DNA from: Acutalibacteraceae bacterium
Lineage (GTDB): Bacteria > Bacillota > Clostridia > Lachnospirales > Lachnospiraceae
Direction of reading: 5' to 3'
NCBI GenBank assembly: GCA_963586665.1
Contig: CAVABC010000005.1
Coordinates: 1,781-65,780, forward strand
DNA length: 64,000 nucleotides
Program-made: the position numbers and the translations under genes
Part shown: positions 1-10,695 of the stretch, in pieces
Numbering within the stretch: the first letter of the stretch is position 1
Layout: each line of letters starts with the position of its first letter
The notes under the pieces: generated by a model
Databases searched by the model: none
Seen by the model: the letters and a program-made list of their open reading frames with translations, nothing else
What the model was told of the DNA's origin: nothing

Positions 1-22
1 ACACCGGGCTTAATAAAAATCA

Positions 23-436
23 TTATTTTCTTGATACTTTGATATCTATAGAATCAACACCCTCAAGCTCAACACTAAGGCTTAATTTTCCGCCAAGATT
101 TGTCTTCATGGTACCTGCTACAGCTCCAGCTATATCGATCTCGTACTCTGTCTCTTCCTCTAATCCAAGAGTGATCTGTGCATCCTCAGGTCCTTCAACT
201 GTAAAGCTTACTGTGTCCGCAGTCTCCTCGAAATCCATAACCGCTGTTCCCGGAACTGACTCGTATACGAAAAGTCCGTTCTTCTCGAGCTTTGTGATCT
301 CTTTAAAGGTCTTTACCTTGTAGATATCTCCATCCTTCTCATAATTATCGAGTTTTGCCTTAGCAGCCAATGTATAATCTCCGAAGCTGAGCTTTCCATT
401 CTCCTCAGTACGGATTAATTCACTTATTGCAGCCAT
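23..436 (-). CDS. Conserved hypothetical protein (137 aa, acidic, predicted beta-rich)
   Basis: ATG with GGAGG RBS; no catalytic motif recognised. Confidence 0.75.
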   Translation of the reverse strand: MAAISELIRTEENGKLSFGDYTLAAKAKLDNYEKDGDIYKVKTFKEITKLEKNGLFVYESVPGTAVMDFEETADTVSFTVEGPEDAQITLGLEEETEYEIDIAGAVAGTMKTNLGGKLSLSVELEGVDSIDIKVSRK

Positions 437-541
437 TTTTATCCTCCCGTAGCTATATTTTTATAACGTTTTCATACAAAACATGCGTCGGTGCATGTCG
501 CTGTAGTGAATAATTACTATATATCAATTATAAGTCTTTTG

Positions 542-2980
542 TCACTCAACAGTCAATGAAATTTGTTTGTTTTTCGTAGAAATAATTACCTTATCTCCAC
601 GTTTTATTTTTCCGTTTATGATGTCCTCAGACATGCGATCCTCTATCTCCTCCTGGATCTTGCGTTTAAGAGGTCTCGCACCGTATTTTCTGTCATATGC
701 CTTGTCTACGATAAACGCTTTTGCCGAGTCTCGGACAGTCAGGTCTATATCGAGCTGTTCCTTACATCTGTGCTGCAGCTCTTTTACCAGAATAGTCACG
801 ATATGCTTCATATCATCCTTGTTAAGTGCGCGGAACACGATAGTTTCATCTATTCGGTTAAGGAATTCAGGCTTAAAAATACGACGCACTTCCTCCATAA
901 CGCTGTTCTTCATGCGCTCATGATCCTGCTTTTCATCCTCACCGGCACCAAATCCAAGGCGTTTCGGCTCTATAATAGACGAAGCTCCTGCATTTGAGGT
1001 CATGATGATTATGGTATTTTTAAAGTCCACTGTACGTCCCTGTGAGTCAGTGATCCTTCCATCATCAAGCACCTGTAAAAGTATATTGAACACATCAGGA
1101 TGAGCTTTTTCTATCTCATCAAAAAGTATTACGGAAAACGGATTGCGTCTGACCTTCTCACTAAGCTGTCCGCCATCCTCATGTCCGACATATCCCGGTG
1201 GTGATCCTATCATCTTTGATACACTGTGCTTTTCCATGTACTCTGACATGTCAACACGGATCATGGCATCTTCCTTGCCGAATACTGCCTCTGCGAGTGC
1301 CTTTGAAACCTCTGTTTTTCCTACACCTGTAGGTCCTAAAAACAGGAATGAGCCTATAGGCTTTTTAGGATCTTTTAATCCCACACGGCCACGCCTTACA
1401 GCCTTTGCGACTGCCGATACAGCCTCTTCCTGTCCAATAACACGCTTGTGAAGGGTAGCCTCAAGCTTGGCAAGACGTCCTGCCTCACTCTCTGTCAGCT
1501 TGTTTACAGGTATCTTTGTCCAGCCGGAAACCACATCCGCTATCTCATTTTCGCCCACTACAGGCATATTTCTTTTGCCTGTGCGGTGAGATTTTTTGAT
1601 AAGCTTCTGCTGTTTATCCTCAAGTGACTCTTTCGCCTCCATCAAAGTTCTGGCTCCATCTATGTCACCGTCCTGCAACGCCTTTTCAACCTGTTCCTGA
1701 ACATCTATTATCTCACTTTTAAGCTCTAAAAGCTCATCAGATGAAGTAAGGCTTTTAAGGCGCAGTCTGGCTGCCGCCTCGTCCATCAGGTCTATCGCCT
1801 TGTCAGGTAAAAATCTGTCACTTATATATCTTGCTGAGAGATTTACCGCTGCTTTTACACCCTCTTCGTCAATGATCACATTGTGGTGTTTCTCATAAAG
1901 AGGTTTTAATCCCGAAAGTATCTCTATTGATTCTTCAATGCTTGGTTCTTCAACCGTAACAGGCTGAAAACGTCTCTCAAGTGCCGCATCTTTTTCCACA
2001 TATTTGCGGTATTCCTCGATAGTTGTAGCACCAATCACCTGCACCTCGCCTCTGGCAAGTGCCGGTTTTAAAATATTGGAGGCATCAAGCGAGCCTTCGG
2101 CTCCGCCCGCTCCTATTATTGTGTGAAGCTCATCTATGAAAAGAAGTACGTTCTTAGCCTCTGACACCTCACTAATTACCTTTTTGATGCGTTCCTCAAA
2201 CTCACCGCGGTATTTTGATTTTGCAACAAGTCCTGACATATCAAGAGACACCAGTCTCTTATTCTGTAAGATGTCAGGCACATTTCCGCTTACGATATCC
2301 TGCGCAAGTCCCTCAACTATGGCTGTTTTTCCCACTCCCGGCTCTCCGATGAGACATGGATTGTTTTTTCCGCGACGACAGAGTATCTGTATAACGCGCT
2401 CTGTCTCTCTTTTTCTGCCGATCACAGGATCGAGCATTCCATTGTCTGCCATATCTGTCAGATCACGCGAATACTGATCGAGTGTAGGTGTGGCAGATCC
2501 GTAGGAATTGCGGTTTCTCTGCATCTGCTCCCTGTATCTGGCTGGATCTTCGCCCATTGCCACAAGGATGTCAACATACATCTTCTGTCCGTTTACACCC
2601 ATTGTATTTAAAAGGCGCGCTGCTGCACAATCTCCCTGCGAAAGAATAGCAAGCAGTATATGCTCAGTTCCGACCTCATCACACTGGTATTTGTCCGCTT
2701 CTTCCTGTGCTCTCTCAAGAACTCTCTGTGTCCTTGGAGAATTGCCATCACGATCGAGCACCTCAACATCTTCACCTAATGAGATGAGGTCCTCTATCAT
2801 CTTTATAAGCTTGTCGTACTCTACGTTTGCAGCCGCGAGAACCTCAGCAGCCACACCGGTGCCCTCTTTTATGAGTCCTGCCAGTATGTGCTCGGTTCCC
2901 ACATAGTTGTAATTCATTTTTTTAGATATACGAGCAGCCAAATCTATTGCTTTTTTAGCTTTAGCTGTATATGGTTTCAA
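542..2980 (-). CDS. clpC: ATP-dependent Clp protease ATP-binding subunit ClpC
   Basis: Clp N-terminal repeats, two Walker A motifs ([16 protein letters not shown]), [18 protein letters not shown] start after GGAGG. Confidence 0.95.
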   Translation of the reverse strand: MKPYTAKAKKAIDLAARISKKMNYNYVGTEHILAGLIKEGTGVAAEVLAAANVEYDKLIKMIEDLISLGEDVEVLDRDGNSPRTQRVLERAQEEADKYQCDEVGTEHILLAILSQGDCAAARLLNTMGVNGQKMYVDILVAMGEDPARYREQMQRNRNSYGSATPTLDQYSRDLTDMADNGMLDPVIGRKRETERVIQILCRRGKNNPCLIGEPGVGKTAIVEGLAQDIVSGNVPDILQNKRLVSLDMSGLVAKSKYRGEFEERIKKVISEVSEAKNVLLFIDELHTIIGAGGAEGSLDASNILKPALARGEVQVIGATTIEEYRKYVEKDAALERRFQPVTVEEPSIEESIEILSGLKPLYEKHHNVIIDEEGVKAAVNLSARYISDRFLPDKAIDLMDEAAARLRLKSLTSSDELLELKSEIIDVQEQVEKALQDGDIDGARTLMEAKESLEDKQQKLIKKSHRTGKRNMPVVGENEIADVVSGWTKIPVNKLTESEAGRLAKLEATLHKRVIGQEEAVSAVAKAVRRGRVGLKDPKKPIGSFLFLGPTGVGKTEVSKALAEAVFGKEDAMIRVDMSEYMEKHSVSKMIGSPPGYVGHEDGGQLSEKVRRNPFSVILFDEIEKAHPDVFNILLQVLDDGRITDSQGRTVDFKNTIIIMTSNAGASSIIEPKRLGFGAGEDEKQDHERMKNSVMEEVRRIFKPEFLNRIDETIVFRALNKDDMKHIVTILVKELQHRCKEQLDIDLTVRDSAKAFIVDKAYDRKYGARPLKRKIQEEIEDRMSEDIINGKIKRGDKVIISTKNKQISLTVE

Positions 2981-3012
2981 GTCAATTCCTCCGGTTTCAT
3001 ATTTTTGTAAAA

Positions 3013-5196
3013 TTAATTCAGATCAATAATCTCAAGATCATCATTGTCATCAGCAGAAGTTGCACTCTCCGTGCTTTCATCTTTCTTTGAAAATTCATCG
3101 AGAGCCTGCTGCACCTGCTGTTCGATAGACTCTTCTTCACCTTTGATCTCTACGGTTCTTCTAACGACAGGTTCTGCTTCTTCTGTTTCATTTACTGTTT
3201 CAGAAGAGTCATCCATAACTGAGCTGATATCTATCTGAGGGAGTATTTCGTCCTCATCATTGACAGGATTTTCTTCTGCTGCATCAGACTCAATATCTGC
3301 ACTTTCTGTATCGTCAAACGCAGGGGTTGCAGTCTCATTTATGTCAGATTGCTCGCTTTCGGTATTCTCTGCGTCATCTGTTGACTTAACATCTTCTGTC
3401 TCTATTTCCTCCAGCTCCGTTTTATCTGCCGCACTTTCCTGTGCATCTCCATTTGTTTCAGGTTCTACATTTTCTGCTTCGGCATCATCTATTTCGTCTG
3501 TATCATCTGCTTCGTCAGCATCATCTACTTCATCAATATCATCGATATCCGTATTGACATCATCAGTTTCAGCATCGCCAGCTTCAACCGTCTCGTCGGT
3601 ATCATCTGTTTCTGCCTGATCTTCGTCCTGATCGTCCTCTGCTTCGCTGTGCTCTTCTTCTGACTCAGGATCTATCATGTCATATTCATCATCAGAAGTA
3701 TCTGTTTCGAGGTCTTCGCCCTCGCTGTATTCATCCTCATCGTCATAGTCTTCAACGTCTTTGTTCTTTCTTCTGACATTTGTAACTATGAGTATTATGA
3801 GTAAAATGATGATTATTATCACAAGAGTTGCTACAACTGCAAGGTACTTGTTTTCTACGCCCGGGATAAGCTCATTCTTTGCAGTATCATTTTCTTCCTG
3901 CGCTACCGTAGGAACTGTGACATCAGTTCTTATGTATGTTCCGTCCACGCTGTCATATGTATACCAGCCGTTCTCGCCCTGATCGTTCATGGCATATATG
4001 AGATAGAAATCTTTATCTGTGCTATCGTCCTTTGACTGATATGCAGTTACGACACCTTTTCCCTCTATAGAAAGAGAAACTTCATTGTATCCCTCCGGCA
4101 CATCATCTACATTTGCCAGAAGTACAACGATAAAATGTGACTCTGAATTGATGCGCACATAATCGTATGCTGCATTCTGCGCTGCATCATACACAAACAG
4201 GCTGCTTCCACTGTCTGACTGCATATAAATGAGTGTGATATCGCCAAATGTAGAGTGAAGTGTATTGTACTCAAGTCCGTCTATGACTGTCTTTGAATGT
4301 TCAAAGTCCTCCGGTACAATATCCTCCGGGATATCATTTATCATGGTCCATTCTGTACCGTTTATGTCAAACTTTTTCCAGTTCTCCTGCTGATCGGAGT
4401 TCTCAGGATCATCCTCTGATCTACGTGTAACTACTATATTATAAGTGCTTGTTGCACCATTTTCGGCTGTAACAACAATGCTTACCGTGTTCTCGCCCAC
4501 TTCAAGTGAATCGTTACCGGTAACTGATGTAACTGTTGCCTTTGAATCTGCCGGTGTTGCGGTAACTGCAAGACTGCTTACGCTGTAATCTACTGTTGTA
4601 GTGTAATCCTTTGTTCCTGCTGCAAATTCAGGAGAAAGTGAACCTGCTGAGATGATCAGCGAGCTAAGCGAAGAATCAGATGATTTCTCCGGTTCCTTGT
4701 CACTTTCATCCGGCTGGTCTGTATTATCCCCACCATTGTTATTATTTCCGTTCTGTCCTGTTGATCCGCCATTGTTTGACGAACCGGATGTTACCGTAAC
4801 CGTAGTGCTTGATCCTGTGATCGTTCCTCCGGCATCATTTCCCTCTGCATCACCTACGACCGTACAATATGCTTTGATAGTACAGGTTCCGGCACCTTTT
4901 GCAGTAAATGTAAATGACTGCGATGTCGGGTAAGATGCGGCATCACCTATATTGCATACACCGTCACCGCCATTTGAGAGAACTCCCTCATCTGAACTCG
5001 TAACAACTACTGTTCCAAAGTACCCTGACGGCATAGACACCGTTACCTTTACGGTTTTTCCAACACTTACAGAGCTGGAGCTTACGTTGAGTCCCAGGCC
5101 CTGTGCATACACATGTTCAGCCGGTGTAACAATAAGCATTAACACCATCGTAAACGATAATATATATCCAAATAATTTCTTCATCTTCTTCCTCAC
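3013..5196 (-). CDS. Membrane-anchored surface protein: signal peptide, cohesin-like N-terminal domain, cadherin-like beta-sandwich, one TM helix, long acidic tail
   Basis: Signal peptide ending VYA; LSSLIIS..LSPEF..KDY..VTATPAD..VTAENGAT.TY.I.V cadherin-like pattern; hydrophobic helix followed by RRKNK; D/E-rich C-terminus. Confidence 0.8.
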   Translation of the reverse strand: MRKKMKKLFGYILSFTMVLMLIVTPAEHVYAQGLGLNVSSSSVSVGKTVKVTVSMPSGYFGTVVVTSSDEGVLSNGGDGVCNIGDAASYPTSQSFTFTAKGAGTCTIKAYCTVVGDAEGNDAGGTITGSSTTVTVTSGSSNNGGSTGQNGNNNNGGDNTDQPDESDKEPEKSSDSSLSSLIISAGSLSPEFAAGTKDYTTTVDYSVSSLAVTATPADSKATVTSVTGNDSLEVGENTVSIVVTAENGATSTYNIVVTRRSEDDPENSDQQENWKKFDINGTEWTMINDIPEDIVPEDFEHSKTVIDGLEYNTLHSTFGDITLIYMQSDSGSSLFVYDAAQNAAYDYVRINSESHFIVVLLANVDDVPEGYNEVSLSIEGKGVVTAYQSKDDSTDKDFYLIYAMNDQGENGWYTYDSVDGTYIRTDVTVPTVAQEENDTAKNELIPGVENKYLAVVATLVIIIIILLIILIVTNVRRKNKDVEDYDDEDEYSEGEDLETDTSDDEYDMIDPESEEEHSEAEDDQDEDQAETDDTDETVEAGDAETDDVNTDIDDIDEVDDADEADDTDEIDDAEAENVEPETNGDAQESAADKTELEEIETEDVKSTDDAENTESEQSDINETATPAFDDTESADIESDAAEENPVNDEDEILPQIDISSVMDDSSETVNETEEAEPVVRRTVEIKGEEESIEQQVQQALDEFSKKDESTESATSADDNDDLEIIDLN

Positions 5197-5201
5197 GTTT
5201 C

Positions 5202-7577
5202 CTAATTCTGTGATATCTTTGTTTTTCCTAAGATATGTCTGTTCATAATGATCATATCAAGTGCATTTCCGCCATCATTTTTCCTGTTGGCATCTGCTGC
5301 CTGCAGATAACTGCCCGACAGTTTGCTCTTTCCTAATATATGACGGTTGAGTTTTATCATATCAAGCGCATTGATCGATCCGTCACCGTTTACATCTCCG
5401 TATATGACAATTTCATATGTCTTTTTGAGATCGCCTGAGGCATCATATACAGCCACCTTATTTCCTGTTCCGACTTTTCCGGTATTTTCAGAGCCACCAC
5501 TTGTTAATAACTTAACAGTACCTGAGGCAGATACTGAAATATTCTTAAGGAATGTGGATGCAGATGTATCAGGTGAAATTCCTGTAATGTATGTGCCTAT
5601 CTTGTATGAAGATGAGGAAATATTTACATCCGTATTTGTGTTGTTATTGCTATTGTTATTATTGTTGTTTCCGTTATCAGCCGGGGCTGTCTGTCTTGAG
5701 ACTGTGATAGTGTAAGTACGTGTATCACCGCTCTGCGACTTACAGTTGATCTTTATCGTGTTGCTGCCGACCGCAAGTGAATAGCTTCCTGTTCCTGATA
5801 CAGTGCTGCTTCCTGATACTGCTGCAGCCGAAACGTTTATTGAGCTGATAGAATTAGATACTACAGCCGAATAGCTTGTTGTCGCACCGTTAAATGCCGG
5901 TGTAAGCGAAATTCCGCTGATAGACAGAGACTGCAGATAATTGTTCGTATCACCGGCTTTATTAAATGCAACCGCTGATGCCGGCATATTATTGTATACA
6001 GGGATCTTGAACGTAAATGCCTGATTTTTGTCATTATATCCCTTTGCCACGCTCTGTCCCTCTGTGAGAGCCGCTGTGACATTTGCCATGTACTGGTGGA
6101 AATAAAGAGAGCTTGTATTTACCACATTAAACTTCTCAAAATACAGGGTATTCTGACCTTTATTTATGTAATTGGCTCCTATCTTTACAGCTCCACCGCT
6201 TATCGACTTAGCTCGTGTATTCCAGCCCTGACTCTTTGCATATTTAAGACCATTCTGGTATATAAGTGCCTTTGTACTTCCTGTAGCGTTGAAATTGAAG
6301 AAATTGTAATATCCTTCATATCCTGAATATGTACCCGAGATAAGCGGGCTTGTGCCGTTTGTTCCCTGCTCCTGCTTTACCCTTGAAGCCAGATGATATG
6401 CACTCACGCCACTGCTCTTTGCCACATCCATAAATGTATTCGCATAATTTATTGACTCTCCATTGTTGGAGTACTTCTTTGTGCCTTCCATGAATGTACC
6501 TTTTATTATGGACTGCACACCTGAAATCGCCTCATTAGAGCTGTACGCAAGGCTTTGAAACTGGAAAATATTGGTATCATCCAAAAAGTTTCTCGGGTCC
6601 ATAAGGTATGCTATATATTCACTGCTTGCAGACACCCATCCCGGCTCGTACTCTGTCCATGTATTTGTGCTCCAGTTATAAGCACCTGACGCTGTGGATT
6701 TCTTTGCATTATCAGCCGATTTTGAAACAAGATTAAGACCATTGATGCTCTCGTTTGCAACAGCCGTATTCCAGTCAAGACCTGTGTTTACCGCCTCAAA
6801 TGTCCAGTTCGGATATTTGTTGTGAAGAGCTGTAAGGTTTGCTATATAGCTGTCAGGAAAACCAGCGTTTTTCAAAGTAGCTGCATAGTCTGAATTGTCT
6901 GCGCTGTTATTGTATGTAACTTTCAGATATGTACTGATAGTCCAGCCTGTAAAACTCTTGCCGTTTAATGTACCTGTTACATTGTACCAGACTACTCCGT
7001 TTACTCTCGTCTCACCGATTATATCAACGGTATGTCCCCAGTTTAGGGAAACTACCTTTGTTGTTCCGCTCGTGCCGGCTGCATTTCTGACATATACATT
7101 GCCGCCTGTAATGGAGCCTGTGGCATACGCACCGTTTGCCGCGTAAACAGCTATCGCATTATCACTGTCAGCAGTCTGTGTACTTGCCGCGTCATCTGTA
7201 GATGTTGTGCCTGTAGTACCATCTGCCGAGGTCTGTCCATCCGCAGACTCCCCAGCTACCGATACAAAATCCGATCTGATGTAGCTGACACATTCCTCGT
7301 TATTTGCAGCAAGATTGTACTTTGCCTTGTACCATATCTTGCCATCTGTCCCCTTCGTCTCCTCCAATATGGTAATATCCTTGCCATTTGAAAGCTTATG
7401 CTCTAACTCATAGTCGGTTCCCGGTCCGCTTCGGGCTGCCACCCAGTATCTCTCATCACAGATGACCTTTGCCGCCTGATCCGCATATACTGCCATACTG
7501 CTGTATGGAGCAAAATCACATACCGCAAGCGAAAGCGTGATCGCGGAAGCCGCTAGAAACTTGTTTATTTTAATCAT
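5202..7577 (-). CDS. Secreted cell-wall hydrolase: two SH3b domains, glucosaminidase-like domain, cadherin-like domain, C-terminal dockerin
   Basis: SH3b motifs (ARSGPGTDY, VRNAAGTS..WY); YLMDPRNFL, HLASRVKQEQG, GQNTLYFEKFNV, HQYMANV; duplicated dockerin loops GDVNGDGSINALD and ADANRKNDGGNALD. Confidence 0.85.
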   Translation of the reverse strand: MIKINKFLAASAITLSLAVCDFAPYSSMAVYADQAAKVICDERYWVAARSGPGTDYELEHKLSNGKDITILEETKGTDGKIWYKAKYNLAANNEECVSYIRSDFVSVAGESADGQTSADGTTGTTSTDDAASTQTADSDNAIAVYAANGAYATGSITGGNVYVRNAAGTSGTTKVVSLNWGHTVDIIGETRVNGVVWYNVTGTLNGKSFTGWTISTYLKVTYNNSADNSDYAATLKNAGFPDSYIANLTALHNKYPNWTFEAVNTGLDWNTAVANESINGLNLVSKSADNAKKSTASGAYNWSTNTWTEYEPGWVSASSEYIAYLMDPRNFLDDTNIFQFQSLAYSSNEAISGVQSIIKGTFMEGTKKYSNNGESINYANTFMDVAKSSGVSAYHLASRVKQEQGTNGTSPLISGTYSGYEGYYNFFNFNATGSTKALIYQNGLKYAKSQGWNTRAKSISGGAVKIGANYINKGQNTLYFEKFNVVNTSSLYFHQYMANVTAALTEGQSVAKGYNDKNQAFTFKIPVYNNMPASAVAFNKAGDTNNYLQSLSISGISLTPAFNGATTSYSAVVSNSISSINVSAAAVSGSSTVSGTGSYSLAVGSNTIKINCKSQSGDTRTYTITVSRQTAPADNGNNNNNNSNNNTNTDVNISSSSYKIGTYITGISPDTSASTFLKNISVSASGTVKLLTSGGSENTGKVGTGNKVAVYDASGDLKKTYEIVIYGDVNGDGSINALDMIKLNRHILGKSKLSGSYLQAADANRKNDGGNALDMIIMNRHILGKTKISQN

Positions 7578-7712
7578 TAAATCCCATCTTTCTGTATGTA
7601 TACAAAGTTTATCTGATATATGTGTATCTTCTTATATCAACCCATTATCCATTTAATTATAATAGAATATGACTTTTGTATCAACGTATATCATGGAATT
7701 ATTTTAATTTTT

Positions 7713-8075
7713 TTATGCACACATACTGTTTTTTGCGCTTTTTCGACACGTTCCAAGCTTATATGCTATTGTATATTCTGTTTGCATACTCTTCCCGCGT
7801 ATCTGTGTGTATGGTCTTACCCGTTCTTTTTCTCCCTGCTCTTTTTCTGCCGGATTTTTCTCTGAATTAACCAGCATTTTATTTTTTCTGTCCTGCTTTA
7901 TATATAAATATGTGCAGATAAATATAAATACAAGTGCTGTCACACCAGTAATAAGCCCCGCAAACCTGCCATGCCCCATATCCGACAGGTCTATCCCTAA
8001 AACTCCTGCGATAAAGCCTATAAAACCTACCGCCTCCATAAATGATACCACGATGATTGATAATAATTCCTTCAT
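7713..8075 (-). CDS. Small hypothetical membrane protein (two predicted TM helices)
   Basis: ATG after AAGGAG; two hydrophobic segments then a basic tail. Confidence 0.6.
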   Translation of the reverse strand: MKELLSIIVVSFMEAVGFIGFIAGVLGIDLSDMGHGRFAGLITGVTALVFIFICTYLYIKQDRKNKMLVNSEKNPAEKEQGEKERVRPYTQIRGKSMQTEYTIAYKLGTCRKSAKNSMCA

Positions 8076-8081
8076 AATAAA

Positions 8082-8126
8082 ATACTCCTTTCAACATGCT
8101 TTGTACGCTCTTGTTAAAAGGAGTAT
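8082..8126 (-). terminator. 15-bp hairpin followed by U-run; overlaps the RBS of the 7713..8075 gene
   Basis: Minus-strand arms ATACTCCTTTTAACA / TGTTGAAAGGAGTAT followed by TTTATT. Confidence 0.55.
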
Positions 8127-8167
8127 CTCATATTACCAGTCCAATAAAACGGACTATTAATTTTGTG

Positions 8168-9151
8168 TTAGCTAAATATAGATTTAATCTTATCCCATAT
8201 TTCTGCAAAAAAATCTCCGACCTTCTGCCAGAATCCTGGATCATTTATCTTGTCACCGAGCTTTGATGCCCAGTCTGATGCCTGATTTATTACTGAATCC
8301 CAATCGATATCCGCATCTTTAAGCTTCATGAGAAGATCCGTCAGCTTTGAGATATCATCATCAGAAAGCTCAAGATCATAGTCCTTTGCAGCGTCCTTTA
8401 TCGCCTCTTTGATCTGCTCCTCCGTCTCGAGTTTACCGTCTGCAAGCTGCTGCTTAAGGTCAGCGATCATAGCCTCGATATCCTGCGAATCTCCGTCAAT
8501 GCTCTCATTCAGCTCTCCTGTTGTGACAAGCTCGTCAAGTGATGCGTCAACTACATCCTCGTTTAAGGTCTTACCTGTCATCTCCTCATATGCCTTGAAA
8601 GTACCCACAAGTGCGGCTGTTCCGGATATAGGTGATGGTCCTGCAACGATGATCTTTGCATCTGTGATACCGGCTGTGGCAAGTGCATTCTTGTACATTC
8701 CTACTGTACAGTAATTGATGTTGTGGGTAGAAATACTAAGTCCTGCGCCTTTGTCATCCTTCGTGATAAGCACTGAGGAAAGTGATCTTGTTCCTATCTC
8801 ACTTGAGCTGATATATGAGTCGAGGTATTTGTGTTCCTCATCATTATTTACATAAACCACATCATATTTATCGAAATCAGTAAGCTCAATTCCCATAAAT
8901 CCGAGCACCTTTGAACGCTGCTCAGGTGTCAGATCAGCTCCAAGACAAAGATATGGCTTGTCATTCTCATCGATAACTACATTATCATTTGCCTCTGCAC
9001 CGGCAGTGCCGCTGTCCGTACTGCTTTCAGACTCTGCTGCCTGAGTAGTCTGTGTATCACTTGCAAAAACTACCGGATTTGCCGTAAACAGCATACTTGC
9101 TGCAAGCACTGTACATACTATGCTTTTTGCTTTATTTTTAATTTTACTCAT
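8168..9151 (-). CDS. DUF1002 (YpuA-like) secreted protein
   Basis: Signal peptide, LGADLT, EEHKYL, MYKNALATAG, SGTAAL motifs; start reassigned to ATG 9151 after AAGGAGG. Confidence 0.85.
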   Translation of the reverse strand: MSKIKNKAKSIVCTVLAASMLFTANPVVFASDTQTTQAAESESSTDSGTAGAEANDNVVIDENDKPYLCLGADLTPEQRSKVLGFMGIELTDFDKYDVVYVNNDEEHKYLDSYISSSEIGTRSLSSVLITKDDKGAGLSISTHNINYCTVGMYKNALATAGITDAKIIVAGPSPISGTAALVGTFKAYEEMTGKTLNEDVVDASLDELVTTGELNESIDGDSQDIEAMIADLKQQLADGKLETEEQIKEAIKDAAKDYDLELSDDDISKLTDLLMKLKDADIDWDSVINQASDWASKLGDKINDPGFWQKVGDFFAEIWDKIKSIFS

Positions 9152-9167
9152 TTTATGCCTCCTTAAT

Positions 9168-10205
9168 CTACAGCATTTTATACTCGATAGAAAATTCACT
9201 TCCATCAAACTTAACATCCGCCATGCTACCGCACACCACAGGCATCATCGGTGACAAATGCCCGATGTCAAGATCCATTATAATAGGAACATTGTACTCT
9301 TTAAGTAGTGCCGAAAGTGCCTCTTTGTGCTCTATTCCGAACATTTCCTCGCCAAAATGCAGCGGGCGTCCGATAAGGAAGCCTTTTACATGAGAAAACC
9401 AGCCTGCGTTTTTCATCTGCCAGATTGCACGCCTCATACCCATGACATTAAGATCACATGCCTCTAAAAACCATATGATACCATCATCTTTATATTTATC
9501 TGCAAAATCCGTTACATGGTCAAAGGATGTTCCGCAAAGATTGACAAGGCAGTCCATACAGCCGCCTATCAGTCTGCCGCTCAATGTTATCGGTTCGTTT
9601 TCCTTAGTAACAGCCGGTATGGAGCTGATGCAGGACTCTTCTGTCAGATTGTAGCCGACAAAAGGTGCATCCTCATCCTTTATGGACTCAAGCTCCCATT
9701 TTGGGTAATTGGTAAAAACAGTCTTTTTGCCGCAGAGCAGATCAAATGCATCCTGAAGCGACTCATGCCATTTTTTCATGCCAAATGTCCCCGCACATGG
9801 TCCGTATATGCTGGCGGTGTCTGCGATCGTTGCCGAAAGGAAAGTGAAATTCGTATTGTCAGAATAGCCCATGTACCACTTCGGCCGTGCCTTTTTTATA
9901 ATGTCAAAATCAATATACGGCACCGCTTCACACATAAGCTCTCCGCCACCGCACGATATAAGCACATCACTGTCTAAAGATGGATAGCTCTCGTTAAGCT
10001 CCTGTCCGCATTTTTCGGGTGTATTGCTTATGCCGATGCCGATATCACAACGGCAGTTAGATCCCTCTATCGTACCATAGCCCATAGCATTAAACTTCTT
10101 TATCGCATTGTCAAACGCACTTTTATAAGGCTCTGTCGTGCATCCCATTGAAGGTGCAACAAAACCTATTTTTCCATTTTCTTTTAAAAACTCAGGGTAT
10201 CTCAT
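9168..10205 (-). CDS. LD-carboxypeptidase, peptidase family S66
   Basis: IGFVAPS, GYSD nucleophile motif, GRLIGG, FLE, DIGH. Confidence 0.9.
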   Translation of the reverse strand: MRYPEFLKENGKIGFVAPSMGCTTEPYKSAFDNAIKKFNAMGYGTIEGSNCRCDIGIGISNTPEKCGQELNESYPSLDSDVLISCGGGELMCEAVPYIDFDIIKKARPKWYMGYSDNTNFTFLSATIADTASIYGPCAGTFGMKKWHESLQDAFDLLCGKKTVFTNYPKWELESIKDEDAPFVGYNLTEESCISSIPAVTKENEPITLSGRLIGGCMDCLVNLCGTSFDHVTDFADKYKDDGIIWFLEACDLNVMGMRRAIWQMKNAGWFSHVKGFLIGRPLHFGEEMFGIEHKEALSALLKEYNVPIIMDLDIGHLSPMMPVVCGSMADVKFDGSEFSIEYKML

Positions 10206-10492
10206 GTCTCTATCGTCCTATATGCATATTTTATCTTGTGTCGGAAGTAAAATATGTAAGATTTTATCATTTTCTTTAAAGTAAGTCTGTTATCGTAGTT
10301 AAATGATGTCCTGTATTCCACCTTCTGTCTGTTACACCAGTTGTAGATGTCATTGACACCAAGAGTATTGACGTGCCTGATGTTGTTCATAAACACCTGC
10401 ACCTTTGACAATTCCTCTTCGTTCTCGACATAAAGATGAAAAATCGTGTTCGGACACTCTATAACTATCTGTCCCCTGTTTGCATTTTTCAT
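10202..10492 (-). CDS. Hypothetical protein (96 aa)
   Basis: RBS GAGG; 4-bp ATGA overlap with the next gene. Confidence 0.7.
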   Translation of the reverse strand: MKNANRGQIVIECPNTIFHLYVENEEELSKVQVFMNNIRHVNTLGVNDIYNWCNRQKVEYRTSFNYDNRLTLKKMIKSYIFYFRHKIKYAYRTIET

Positions 10493-10623
10493 TTATGTAC
10501 CTCTTCATCCGGACTCATATTGCCTTGTCCAAATAGTATACAACAATAGTACTACACTATGTGCACAAAATCCAGTCAAATCCTCTTTATATTTCTTAAG
10601 ATTGTATTTTTCATGTTTTTCCC

Positions 10624-10652
10624 TTGATAAAAAGCATATTTAATACTAAAAT
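10624..10652 (+). promoter_or_regulatory. Putative sigmaA promoter of the pfk-ldt unit
   Basis: TTGATA-17bp-TAAAAT. Confidence 0.5.
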
Positions 10653-10695
10653 CTATACTGTTTATTACTAGTTTATATATAATAAGGAGAAAATA

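Noticed and set aside
23..436. Endosialidase label that I recall for similar proteins
   Set aside because: Too short and no sialidase motifs visible
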